From: Atractiella rhizophila
Lineage: Eukaryota
Direction of reading: 5' to 3'
Assembly: GCA_021432655.1 (NCBI GenBank)
Contig: MU271265.1
Span: forward strand, 1 to 64,000
DNA length: 64,000 bases
Made by a program: the position numbers and the translations under genes. Below the pieces are notes generated by a model. The model was given only the letters and a program-made list of their open reading frames with translations, made no database searches and was not told the DNA's origin. Shown here one piece after another: positions 44,175 to 56,852 of the stretch. Numbering within the stretch: the stretch's first letter is position 1; each line of letters starts with the position of its first letter.

Positions 44175-45514
44175 TTACTCCGTCTTTTCCCTCCCTTGGG
44201 GCTGGTCAACAGGGCCCATAGTCCCAGGAGCCCAACGGCCATACCACCAGCTCCTACTCTGAGACGATGCTGCACTGGCAGGAGAACCGTGTCCATCATC
44301 TCTGATGTCGCTAGAGGGGAAGCTCCTCCTCTTGTCCCATCCTTCCACCTCTTCGCGACGGATGTCCTCGTAGGAGAAAGCACCAGCACCACTCCCGCTA
44401 CCCCCGTATCCAAACGATTGCTCGATCCTTCGTGCAACCGGATCGCGAGGCGTTTCCACAGCACTAACGCTCCGTCGATTCAAGGAGCTGTTTGCAGAAT
44501 TCGGTGGTCGTCCCATTCCCATTGCACCCATAGAGAGAACGGAAGGTGTGGATCGACTCGGGATGGAGGCAGGAGGGGAAGGTGCAGAACTGAGGTTATC
44601 CAAAACTTGTAGTTCCCGCTCGATCTCTTCCCTTCTCTGCCTCAGGGAAGCCTCCTTCTCCCTTTCGTGATAGGCATTAGAGCTTGATCTCGCACTCGCG
44701 CTTCCATTTCCTGACGTTCCAGCACGAGCGGCAGTCGCCGCCGCTTGCGCGGTCCGTGTACCCATCGGATGAAAGAGAGCTGAACCCGCAGCGATGGCTG
44801 ATGGTCCATAGGTTCTCAAGATGTTGGTAAGAGTTGCAGGAGACCATGGAATGGAGGGATAAGCATCCACGGCATTTGCGGGAGGTTGATCTGACGGCGG
44901 TAGTGGAGGAGGATTGTTTGTGGACCCCACTGATTCTGCCAGTGCCGCAGGCAGGATGACCTCCTTCAGTGCTCGGAAAGCACGACGGATGTACTCCAAT
45001 CCTGCTGCTCTGGCTTTATCCTTCGCGTCCGCAATGGCCGCTTCGATTTCTGGCTCGTGAGTTGTTAGGAAAGGGTGGACGAAGGTGACATAGACAAATG
45101 TTGATCCCTTAATTTCCATGCATCGTCATTCAGATCTATATTTCCACAGGACGAAAATAACGCACTTGGATTTGAGGGAGTGTGAGCCAGAGGACAATAA
45201 GCGTCTTAAGCTCCCAATAGAAGGGGATCCTACGTGGAAACACAATGCTTCAACCCAACTTCAACAAAGGGTCAAGACACTCACCAGCTTATGGTCCATT
45301 CAACGGTCATTTCCGCAACGCTCACAAATGCAATCACGACCCAATACATCAACCAAACCTCCAACTGAGCGGCATCGTTCGTCTTTACTGCTTTATAAGA
45401 GGAGTATGCAGGATACGCGTAGCCTGCTAATGTTCTGCACGACAGGTCAGCCTCCAACACATCTCCATACGCAGACAGTACTCACATGATGATTTGGCAC
45501 AAGTAAAAGAACAT
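44175..45514 (-). CDS. TB2/DP1/HVA22 (REEP-like) membrane protein with long disordered C-terminus
   Basis: Spliced AGYAYPAYSSYKAV, WLMYWVV, IPFYWELKTLIVLWLTLPQ and GSTFVYVTFVHPFL..HEPEIE. Confidence 0.85.
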
Positions 45515-46250
45515 CCTGCTAGGCCCACTACGGTCGCTTTGGTGAAAGGGCACTAAATGAGCTGGAAGCAGGAATCACTGATTCTGATTCACTGTTTCGC
45601 GCATCCGAGCGTCAGGAGAGCCTGTACGAACGCAGTGTTCGCATGATGTACGCGCCATTGCGTTATCGGATATGAGTGATCTTTCAACAAGAATTGGACT
45701 CTGTCTGGCCCTCAAAACAGCCACTGTGAGGCAAATAAAAGAATAAGAGTGTTCTAAGGAGGTATTGTCACCACTGAGATTGAAGAGACACCAGAAAAGT
45801 ACGTTTCCCACTTTTACAGCTGAGGGGTTGGACTTGTTGCGAGTTTTGTGTTGTTGAAGTTTCGGTGCGACTTTTTTGGCCAATTACGAGGTATAGAACA
45901 GCTTCTTGCTGCTCGAGCTTTTGTAAAAGTTATATGTTTAAAGACTTAGACTTCTTCGCCTCAAAAGATATTGGCATGAGTTCCGCCAGCCAACTCTCCC
46001 GATGTCAGCCAACCAAATGTGTGCCAATGCAGGTTTCTGACAAAGCGTGCGCACTGATATACCTACAATTTTCACATACATTCCAAAGCCGTGCGGTTCC
46101 AAGCTAAATATTCCACCTCTAACCTCTCGCTGGATGGTAACAGTACATCTGCTTCACCTTTAAATTGTGAAGTGGGAGTTTGGAGTCTCCGTTTGGGCTT
46201 TGATCTACAAGGACAGCACTGATATGGGGATACTCCACAGAATTTTTCCA

Positions 46251-47976
46251 ATGCCATCACCACGACCGCCGATTTCTGTGCGAGCCTTTCGGCGTTCCTT
46301 GCATCTCTCCTCAACGCTACTCAGTGGTAAACCCCTTCAACCTCCATCGTTTCCCTGCCTGGACCAACACGACGCGCGCACCGCCAAAATTCTTTCCAGT
46401 CGTCAACAGAACGCTCCGTCCACATCAGGTTTCTCGCCGTCGTCCGTGTTGGGAAAATTCACTCCTCCTTCCGAACCCCAAGCAGAAAGCGGCCCTGAAC
46501 CATCTTATTCCTCTCCATCTCCCACTTCCTTACCACATATACACACACAATGAGCCTTTCCCACTAGTCTACTCCTCCGTGCCTCTACCCAACTACACCA
46601 TTGCCTACGAAACGTGGGGAACGCTCAATAAAGACAAGAGCAACGCCATACTCCTTCATACTGGTCTTTCAGCATCTAGTCATGCCAAAAGCACAGAGGC
46701 GAATCCAGAGAAAGGATGGTGGGAGAAGTTTATTGGACCTGGGAAAGCTCTTGACACAGATCAGTACTTCGTTATCTGCTGCAACGTTCTCGGCGGCTGC
46801 TATGGCTCCACCGGACCATCATCTCCATTTCCAGAAGCCTTGAAGGACTCGGAGGAAGGAGATGGGGGGGTAACTTCACAAAGATACGGATCGCGCTTCC
46901 CGCTGGTCTCTCTATTCGATAATGTGCGGGCTCAATTCAACCTTTTGGATGAATTAGGCATTGAAAAACTGTATGCATCTGTGGGATCATCCATGGGAGG
47001 AATGTCGAGTATCGCCAGCGCTCATCTCTCACCTGAACGCGTAGGAAGGATTATTAGCATCAGTGGAACAGGACGCAGTAGTCCGAGCTCGATTGCGCTT
47101 CGATATGCTCAGAGGAGTGGTACGTAGCCATTATATCTCACCCACCAGAACAAAGTATAACTTGACGGCGGATAGTCCTCATGGCAGATCCGAATTGGAA
47201 GAGGGGTTTCTATTACGAAGGTCTTCCACCACATACAGGAATGAAACTGGCACGACGTCGGTCTTTCTCCAAATAGATTTTATCCAGCTAACAGCACAAC
47301 AGAAATTGCCACTATTACCTATCGTTCTGGACCTGAGTGGGAATCACGTTTCGCCCGTCGTCGACGAGATCCTTCTGCTTCGCAACCGAACTCACCAGCT
47401 CCTCCATCCTCGCCCCCACCGCCAGTTCTCTGCCCTGACTATCTAATTGAGACGTACCTAGATCATCAAGGGGAACAATTCTGCCTCAAATACGATGCCA
47501 ACTCGCTCATCTATATTTCAAAAGCCATGGACCTCTTCGACATGTCATTCGAAGGATTGCAAGAGCTTGAAACGTTGTGGAAAGGCAACAACCCCAACAA
47601 GAGCCTCTCCTTCTTGCCCCGCTCGACTTCCTCCGGAGGCGATGGCGTACCGCATATTCCATTTTCGAAGTCACCCGCGTTCCTCTCATCCCTCACCGAT
47701 GGAATGAGCAATCTTAAGGACATTCCCACTCTTGTCATTGGTGTCCAAAGCGACGTTTCTCTTTCCTGTGGAACAACAGAGGGAATTGGCTCAAGCATTG
47801 AGAGGTTCTGGTAACAAATCTGTCGTCTATTATGAACTCGATGGCCCATGGGGTCACGACACCTTCTTGTGAGCTTTGTGTCTCATGCACTGTGTGGAAA
47901 TCTGATGGCCTCCCACAGGATCGATACTGCAAATGTTGGAGGGGCTATTCGTGGATTTTTGTCTCAGTCTCTGTGA
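46251..47976 (+). CDS. cys2: Homoserine O-acetyltransferase-fold enzyme, most likely serine O-succinyl/acetyltransferase (Cys2/CysA type) with mitochondrial presequence
   Basis: [52 protein letters not shown] nucleophile elbow, YRSGPEW, DANS and GHDTFL; Arg/Ser-rich N-terminus. Confidence 0.8.
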
Positions 47977-48956
47977 TGCCATGGCTCCTTGGAATAAACA
48001 TGATCAATGTACTTGCTGAGACGTTCTGATGCAATGGAACAAGGGAGACACAAGGTGAATATATGAACATTTTGATCATATTTTGTACAGGAAAGCGACA
48101 TATATATACACTTAAGAATTGAGTGCTTTCTTCTGGTCTACAATGTTACATTGCCATTTCTTGCCCCCGGCTGGTTCACGAAGCCGGGGACTGCTCGATG
48201 ACCTCGTTTTGTTCCACGAAGCGCGACCTCTTGCGAATTTGCGGCCCATACCTCCAAATGAGGAAAAGAAAAGGCATGAGGATCAATGTCAAGCCTAAGC
48301 TCATGTCAATAAAACTTATCCACACACTCCGATTGCAAATTGCTCACCAGCGAGGAGTGAACAACCTCCTTGGATGGTAAGGCCGGCATACATTTGTCGA
48401 CCGACGAGGGGGAAGGCTGCGCCTAAAGCGCTTCGAAAGAAGGCGTTGCCGGCCAAAACGGATGCAGCGTAGCTGGGATAGCTTGCTGGAAGGTATGTGC
48501 AAACTGAGTTGAACAGGCAGAACATCCCTACACAATTTCGATTCAGATTTATAAATAGGGAAGCAAGAGTCCCTGTTTACCTGGAACATATAGACCTGAA
48601 TGGAAATCTGTCAGTACTCGATGCCACACCAACTGAGATGAACGGACCTGCAGCGATCGTGGGAACAATCCAGTGGATGGAAGAACGGGCAGTCCAGCCG
48701 TAAAAGAAGAGAGAGATGGGGATGAGAGGCGCCGCGAACACTGAAATCTCCAAGCGATGCTCAGGCGTGACATATCCTAACTTGCGCTGCCGTGGCTGGA
48801 ACCATTTCTTTTGGTAGATTACGAAAGCGCAAAGCGAGCAGATGAACCCGACGAGAATGGCCAGAAACGGGAGTCCCGATTCGCCCAGGTTAAAGTGATG
48901 GATGTCGACAAATGTCAAAGGGAATGCTTCGNNNNNNNNNNNNNNNNNNNNNNNNN

Positions 48957-51947
48957 GCGAAAGCACGCTGGGAAACAAGATGATTGACTCGGTCGGCAGA
49001 AGAAAAACTTGGAGATGGAACCCATTCACAGGTAGAGAATGTCTTAGTGAACGCGATTATGCTACACGTCGGACGAAATACCCTATAAAATGAATACCAA
49101 GCTTCGTAAGGGAAACTGTAAACAGCTGTAGGTAGTGAAATTGGACCCGCTTAGCCCTGAGGGCAAAGACCGGTAAGAGCAACCCAAGTAGACGAGCGAA
49201 ACGCGAAAGCATTAGATGGTTTTCTTTACCAAGGTCGGTGCCGTCGCGTTCAATCCTATACAGTGCGGACTCGTAGCGAACCTCTAAAGTCACAAGCGCC
49301 GCGGAGAGTAGGGGTAGAGAGAGAAGAAAATGCCGACCTGACGGGCAAGAAGGTAGGTGACCTAACAAGGGTGCTAGCGACGTCCAGGCAAGTAGAGTCA
49401 ACCACACCGTAGCTCATGACTGTCTAAAGGCAAGTCCAGATATACAAGGTCCATTTGTCCCTGAGAACGAAGGGATAGATATTTAGACTTAGCTTTAACA
49501 CATCCCTACAAGACGGACAAGTTGAGTCAAACGTGTATGGAAGGTCGTTCGATAGGGTCGATGCGACGTAGGCAAAACCGGCCGTTGCGGAAGAAAGCTT
49601 CGCGAAATCCGCGTCGGAAGGGGGAGCAGCCAGCTGTTTACATACGGCCGGAATGGTAGGTTCCTCCAACAAGTGAGGAGCGACCACTCGTTAAACGTTA
49701 GCCTCACACACTATTCGAAATAACTGTACTCGAGTCCGAACTGTAACTAGGAGTACGGAAAGGAAAAGGAGTAAACCTCCATACCCGGCGTTTAAGCGTT
49801 CTCCAGCGCGAAGCATCTTGTTTTGCTCCAGTGGCTCGTCGGGGGTCGAAGCACTTGGTCGGCCCCCGTTCTTTATTGTTACATTGTAACATCTGGTCTT
49901 CTTTCGTGAGTTAAGAATTCACATATATATACAGTGAAAGGACATGTTTATTCTAGTTTTATAAGTATCTAAATAGAACACAGAGGGAACAAGGTAATGT
50001 AGTCTTGCAGAGTCATTCATGTAACTAGTGCAAATAAGGTTCCTCGGTACCGTAGTGTCTCTGACTCTGTTTTTAGGTGCTTATCGGGGAGGTTGTAAAC
50101 GTCATAGCTAGGACACCCTCCAGTAGTCTAAAGGTGTGTCACGTATTCTGTGTTTCGAGTGTTCTTCCACAGCACTGGGGTACCCGGTAGTTCAAGTATT
50201 ATCTGCTGTCTAAACAATGGTCTTGGAGAGTTACGAACTCGGTTAAGGGAGACAACAAGGTGTCCTTTCTCTTGCAGCGAAACCTGTGGTTACTGTTCTC
50301 ACCCTTACAGGAATTCTAACGAGTAAGGTAGCCACTCCCTACTCTCCTTGCGCCCACTGAAGCTTTTACCTTATACGCCATGCGGTAGCGGAGGCCTCCT
50401 TCAGCTCGCCCCGTTCTTCCTCTCCGAGAACAACCCCAACAACGGAAAGGTGTTGCAAAGTTCGAGAACGTTAGGAAGCTTACTGTACAGCTTCTCCAGG
50501 TACCGAAAACTTTATATCTACTCGCTCAACCGTAGCATAAACTCCGTCTTAACAAGGGGAACTACTAGATCCATGCAGAGTTAATCTATCAGTCCCGTCT
50601 CTTGACCGCCACCCCCGCTCCTACCTCCTCGACCACTCAAGCCAACGCTTCGTCTTCCTAGAGCAGCTGCTGCCCGCTTTGCACTAAGGGTGAGTCCAGG
50701 TCTTGCTATCCATTATCACCGTTAAAGACAACACGACAATCGACCTATTTTAGATAAACCTCTTTCTGGCTGCAGCACGGTCAAAGTAAGGACATACACC
50801 ACCTTCTGGAAGCATTATCTTTGGGGAGAAGGTTAAGCCTAGACGGTACTCCTGATAGGCGGCAGTTCAATATGAAACAACCACTCTATATTACCGATGC
50901 ATGGTGAGGAGACTCGTATAGCTTCGCGTTAGCTCGAGCCTGATGACGCAGGACAAGGTGACTACGATTATTAGGAAGGATGCGCAAGTCCACTCTCTAC
51001 TCGCGACCGCTATGAGCTGTAAGGAGGGTAACTACTAGGGTGTCTACGTATGTCAAAGAGTTACGGATTAAGTAGGTTTTCCAACTTAACTCGGGCGTGT
51101 AATAGCTTATCTCTCTGGTCGCCCTTCGCGCTAGGCATAGAAACACTTCAATGGGGGAGGTAGAGGGAGGAGGTTCAGGAAGTTCCGAAGACCTTTACCT
51201 CTGCTACCAGGCCACCTCGGTATCGTCGGTGGGTCTTGCAACGTCGTCTATTGCTTCATGACTAGACACAGTTCTCGAAAGGGTCCAGGTTATTTGAAGA
51301 GGGTGGTAGGAAAGAGACCTAAGCGGAGACACGAAAACCGTACTGATCTACGACTTTCTGGTCATACTTCCTCATACCGCAACGAGAACAGAAGTAACTC
51401 GAAGGGGGTGCAAAGCATCCGTTACCACATCAACCCATCTCCGTGCCTCCTCATCTGATCACCCTTTCCGAGTAACACACACATATACACCATCCTTCAC
51501 CCTCTACCTCTCCTTATTCTACCAAGTCCCGGCGAAAGACGAACCCCAAGCCTTCCTCCTCATTTAAAAGGGTTGTGCCTGCTGCCGCTCTTTGGACTAC
51601 ACCTGCCTCGCAAGACAACTGCTGACCTTTCTTAAAACCGCCACGCGCGCAGCACAACCAGGTCCGTCCCTTTGCTACCTCCAACTTCCCCAAATGGTGA
51701 CGCATCGCAACTCCTCTCTACGTTCCTTGCGGCTTTCCGAGCGTGTCTTTAGCCGCCAGCACCACTACCGTAACCTTTTTAAGACACCTCATAGGGGGTA
51801 TAGTCACGACAAGAAACATCTAGTTTCGGGTTTGCCTCTGAGGTTTGAGGGTGAAGTGTTAAATTTCCACTTCGTCTACATGACAATGGTAGGTCGCTCT
51901 CCAATCTCCACCTTATAAATCGAACCTTGGCGTGCCGAAACCTTACA
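48957..51947. mobile_element. Degenerate TpA-rich insertion in an MFS intron, possibly the 3' part of an LTR element
   Basis: About 3 kb of non-MFS sequence beside an N gap. Purine tract GAAGGGGG (51401-51408) is followed by TG(51409)...TTACA(51947) next to the intron donor. No RT or integrase motif recognised. Confidence 0.5.
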
Positions 51948-53290
51948 TACAATCTTGAGGCCTTCGGCAGGCGTCATCTTCTCCATTTCAACTTCACCTG
52001 CGGTCTTGAGCTTTTCGTTTCCAGTGAGCTCCCTCAGACGGCGCGACCTTAGATATAAGATGTTGGAAGGCAATGTCTCCCTGACACCCTTTGAATTTTC
52101 AGGCTGTGATGATTTGGGAGTTGGACTTACGGCAACAAAAAGAAGAGTACGATCAATGAAAAACCGCTCAACCAAAGAAGTTCCCAAAGAGGCCAATGCC
52201 ACCCATTCGCTTGAGCAGCAAAGCCTTGTTGGGAAGGCTCATCAGTCGAAATTCGGACGGAGGAGGGGTAGGACGCACCTCCAATGACAGGTCCTAATGT
52301 AGGTCCAGCGATGGCTCCAGCCCTAAAAACCCGCTGAGCACGCGTCTGGGAAAGGACAGATGATGAGAGGACGCACCCCCATGCTGCAATGATATACGCG
52401 CTGCTCTCAAGATCCCAAATATCCATCAAACTCGCTCCGCCGGTTGCAAGCTAAGGACCAGTCAGTGACGCGCTCGTACTGTTAAATGTGAGAGAAAGTA
52501 AAAGGAAAAAACTCACGGCAGGACTACCGACGAATCCGCTGAGAAATCTACAAGCCAGGAGACCCCCGAAGGTCGTCCCACCCGGGATAACAAGGGGGAT
52601 CTGGAGGATGACGAAAAGGAAAAGGGTTCCTATGTAGACCTGTTGCACCAAGTTTTCAGCCAACAATGCAGTTGCCCAGGCGGGCAAGCGAGCTCACAGG
52701 GTTCCGACCAAATGCGGGGACCTAACATAGGACCGTGGAAGCAACTTAGAGGACGTGAAGACAAGGTGCAGATGCACTTGCCTCTTGGAAACCACAAAAG
52801 AACCTGCCAAATGTCAAATGAATGAGAGCTATCAAAGAGGACGATATGCATACATTGGGCCTATCCCATATCCCAGAACGAAAAGACTAAGATAAACGAT
52901 CAACTTTCAGCTATAGCGGTGAGGAAGTAAAGCACCTCAATCCGAGCGTTGCAGCAGTTTGCGAAACGCCAAATTCCATCATGACGCCTTGGATAGAAGG
53001 AGTGTAAATGGCTGATCCGATATCTGCATCGCAATTTCAAAACTTGTCCTTCGAAGCAAGATAGTCGACTCACAGACTGAGAACGTCAGGAGCATGATAC
53101 CTCCAGATACGACGCATTTCTTTCTGAAGGACCAGTTCTGAGGGTTTTCTTGATCGTTTTCGTCGTACCAATCTTTGTTGCATAAGTTACTCGATGAACG
53201 AAATCAAAAGAGGCGGACAGACCAACAAGATTTGGATTCGCCTCTGATGAGTCTTTCTTCTTAGGGGGATGGTCATGCTCCACTTCTTCC

Positions 53291-54030
53291 TAAATACTAC
53301 CAAATGCAGGTCCCTACATAGAGTCCGTCGAACTTATACCTGAGCCTTATGCGGCTCCGTTCTAACAAGTGTACGCCTAACCTTCGTTATAACCCCTGCA
53401 GTGACTACGACATTAGTTAGATCAAAAAGCGATAGCGGCGGAACTCGCTAACATCGGAAGCTGCAGTGTAGTGAGTCAGGCAACTCGGGCTACTAACACT
53501 AGCAGGTGAGCCAAGGTAGGGTAGGGCCATACTATATATCGTCAGCGAGTGAGAATCTTTGAGGGTGGCGGTGGATGAGAAATGACACTTATCGATTAAG
53601 CTGGTACCAGGGACTGAACTAAGCGCTTTGTTGGAAGCCCTCCGAACACGTATCCAAGAGGTTTCCGTTTGATAAGGTCATAGGACTCGTCGAGGGTTTG
53701 AAGTTCTAAGGCGGTTTTATGGTAGAACTTTTCCTGCCCGTGGCAGAGCCAAACCTTGCTGTGAGCTGTAACCAGCTTCCGCTCTTTGCTTCTAGTGCCC
53801 CCCATCTCAGCCTATCGGTACTAGTTCGCTGTAACTTGCTTCTCTCGAGTCTTGGAAGTGGAGTTGCGCTAGTACTGCCCCTTCCCTTCTTATGCGTCGC
53901 TGACCTCCCTCTTCTGCTCTTCTTCGGCAGCGGGCTCAATGTCGTTGGACGGAGGGCTTCTCTCCTGCGCTTCGCTAATCTCCGACCAGAGCACCTGGGT
54001 TACCTNNNNNNNNNNNNNNNNNNNNNNNNN
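53291..54030. mobile_element. Partially assembled TpA-rich insertion in MFS exon 1, flanked by a 20-bp direct duplication
   Basis: GGTCATGCTCCACTTCTTCC at 53271-53290 and 54031-54050. The interior has a minus-strand frame broken by TAA/TAG stops; right end lies in the N gap (54006-54030). Confidence 0.6.
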
Positions 54031-54648
54031 GGTCATGCTCCACTTCTTCCTCCATTGGGTCCACGAGACCAGCCTCTAATCGCTTCGCGTCCTCCCTTCG
54101 GGAGGCAGGTTGCTGTAACTCGGGCGACGGCTTCTTCTCGTCTTCTCCCTCCAGTCGCTGCGTATTCTTCCCTTCCCCGTCATGATCGCGTTGAGGTGAA
54201 GGTTCTGAGCTCTCTTCGTTCAATGTCGCTTGATCATGGCTATCCGACTCTACCCCCCGTGATCTTCGTTTCTCGCCTTCGACCAATGTCGAGTGTCGTT
54301 CCAAACCGAGACGGTGCCCGTCCTTTTCAAGATGGTATTTTGGCGGAATCTTGAAGTTTGGGAGCTGCTCAGGATACTGGAATAGTTTGCCTTTGGAGAA
54401 CCTATGCACAAGCCTCCCGAAGGTTGTTTCGCGAATCAAGTCAGGGACCATGGTCGAATTAGCTATTCACAGTAAAGAGTAGGTGGCGGTGGGAGTTTCT
54501 AAGAGTGAGCGACTGCTATATATCATACCGGAATGGGATGGAACCGAGTGGACGATCACAATCATCGGGCTCAACGGACTGAGTGATGTGACGTCGAAGG
54601 CTACAATCGCTCAAGGCGGCGATAGCGAAAAACTAGATTGATTACAGC

Positions 54649-56852
54649 TAGGGCTGTTCACCGTCCCGTCCGTCGAATTTTTGAGCTGAGGCGGGAGCGG
54701 GGCGGCTGGACCCGTCACCGTCGCCGTACCGCATTGATCACCAACTTCCTTTGACGCTGACGGAGCGGCTGACGGTCCAAGACGGGTTGTTGACGGACGG
54801 GTCAACGGTGTAGAAGACATAATATTATTGTGTTGCTGTAAAATATATCAAAAAACAGAGAACAAAGCTTTGTAACCCAAAGCTCCTAGTCACCTTGGAC
54901 AGATGCTGAAGATGGCTCAAAAAGCCAGGACCATTTCCCATCCTTCTTCCTATCAAGCATCCACCAAGAGCGTAGCAGCATCAGCTTTCGGATTGTCTCA
55001 GCCTTGAGAGAAGCACGGCGAAGTGAGATCACATCTCTGCCCGAAGAGAACACCTGCTCCACCGCTACCGCTGATGCTAGTTGTGGATTGACTCGTAGCA
55101 AAACTTGATCGTCGCTTTCCCTCGGGTTACACCACCAGTTTTCTACATGTTGTACAGTGCATCAGTATCTTGTTGCCAGCACAGCAGAGAAAATCAAGCA
55201 TACCTTCTGCTTCCCATCCGCATTGGGCTCTTTGTCAGTTGACGAATCTTCTTGATCCGTAAACACCTGCAACCACATTCACTCAGTTGGCTGACTCAAA
55301 CGAGGAATAGAGGACTCACATCTTCTGCTCGACCCGTCACTCCTTCCCATTTCTTCTTACTATCCCTTTCCTTTTCTCTCTTCCTCTGACTCCTTGTCTT
55401 CCCCTTCCCATCATCTCCGTTTCGCATCTCTCTAAGAGCATCTGCAGTTGCTCTGTTCATCTCTGCTTCTCCGTCATCACTGCACTCTCCCTCTGGCTCA
55501 ACGCTCAACCTCTCCTCCACTTCCGGACGGAAGTAATCCAAGTCTTGTGCATCTTGCACAGGATCCTCCAATTCCCCGGCATCAATGAGGACACACACAA
55601 GAGCCGCTCCAACGACGTGCAGATGGCAAAGACTGCTCAGAGACAACCGGAAAGCATCCAATTTGACTCCAAAGTAAGGACCAGAGCTTGTTGAAGGATT
55701 TGATGCCGGCTGGGCCCCACCAATGTCATCCAATTTGAATCCACTGCTCTTGGTGCCAAACTGGACGAATTCATCATCCTCGTCAAGCAGCTGGTTCTCT
55801 TCGGCATTTGTTTTCGTGATGGTGTTAAGGAGGAGGTTTGTGACGATAGGTACGGTAGCATTTTCATCCTAAGTCACAACGCTGGCTAAGCTCATTAAAA
55901 TATGAAAACAATGGAACTTGCCTTCAGCCTCTCCAAGCTCTTTGCGAGACCTTCTCCTTCCGACAAGAGGTACTTTGTTGCTGCATACCCATTTCTCTTT
56001 GCATCTTTCAACAGCCTATCACTTTCTCAGTCGCAAAACTTCCATGCGACAAAAGTAAAAAACTTACTTGTTGTGCAATGCAACCTTCTGGTCTCATTGT
56101 GACAAGGCCGTCCCATTTTCATTATTCCTAGCCTCGATGTCAACCGGTTTCTTCGGACGAGCACTTTTGTGAATATTGGATTGGTTATCTGCCATTTTTT
56201 GAGTGGGAAACACTTGCCATGACCAACCCGCTTTATGCAGGAAAAACATAGCAGCCTAACACTCCTTCTTCCGCTTCCTCTGAGCATTTCCACTCTGAGA
56301 AGTGTTCATCATAATTATCATGCCCTCTTTGTGTCCCAACTAACCTCCTCAATGAACTAGTTTGCAAGCAGCTAGCAGCACCGAAAATCAGAAGGTTGCG
56401 CTTGGATTGTCTGGAGGACGATGGAGGGAGAGGTCGAGATTCGTTATGAAGGCGGGAAGCTTTCGTGTAGCTCTGATGAAAGTCCTGAAATTGAGATGAC
56501 GAGGAGCTGGAGGCTGCGCTAAAGGACGTCGCAAGGAGAGATCGTGACTACTGTATCAGAACTAACCTGTGAACTGGTGAGAAGCCTTCCTCAAATATTT
56601 GGAATATTCCTGAAGTGTGATCTGAACCACGAACCTTTGACTGCTTCAAGCTCCGGTTAACCCCACAACTAGCCGTCTCACACCGTCTCAGCCGTCTTCA
56701 AAAGAGGTTGGTGATTAAGGACGGCAGGGTGCCGTCCACCAATCCCGTCCGTCGCCTGGAAAGGAAGTGCCAACGGTGGCGGGACGGGTGGCTGAAAAAG
56801 CCGTCCGCCCCCGCACCGTCAGCCGTCTCAACGGTGACGTTGAACAGCCCTA
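54649..56852 (-). mobile_element. hAT-superfamily DNA transposon, internally deleted or decayed (2204 bp)
   Basis: TIRs TAGGGCTGTTCA(c/a)CGTC at both ends; 8-bp TSD ATTACAGC (54641-54648, 56853-56860); clustered subterminal CCGTC/GACGG motifs; hAT C-terminal dimerisation motif SAVAVEQVFSSGRDVISLRRASLKAETIRKLM at about 54890-55080. Confidence 0.93.

Larger units (their letters stand above)
48176..54451 (-). pseudogene. MFS drug:H+ antiporter (DHA1) gene interrupted by two insertions and two assembly gaps
   Basis: LIRETTFGRLV, DWYDENDQENPQNW, GSAIYTPS, RFLSGFVGSP, GPTLGPVIGG, LPETL, EAFP..F, PEHRL and YAASVLAGNAFFRS. Exon 1 is split at 53291-54030 and an intron by 48957-51947. The exon expected before EAFP is not visible and may lie in the N gap. 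Confidence 0.8.

Noticed and set aside
49877..49891. Palindrome TGTTACA-T-TGTAACA
   Set aside because: A 7-bp arm is expected by chance in 64 kb and has no supporting context.
53719..54354. ORFs spanning the N gaps (53719-54354, 48577-49029, 53975-54451 tail)
   Set aside because: They read through 25-N placeholders of unknown true length, so the apparent fusions are artefacts.
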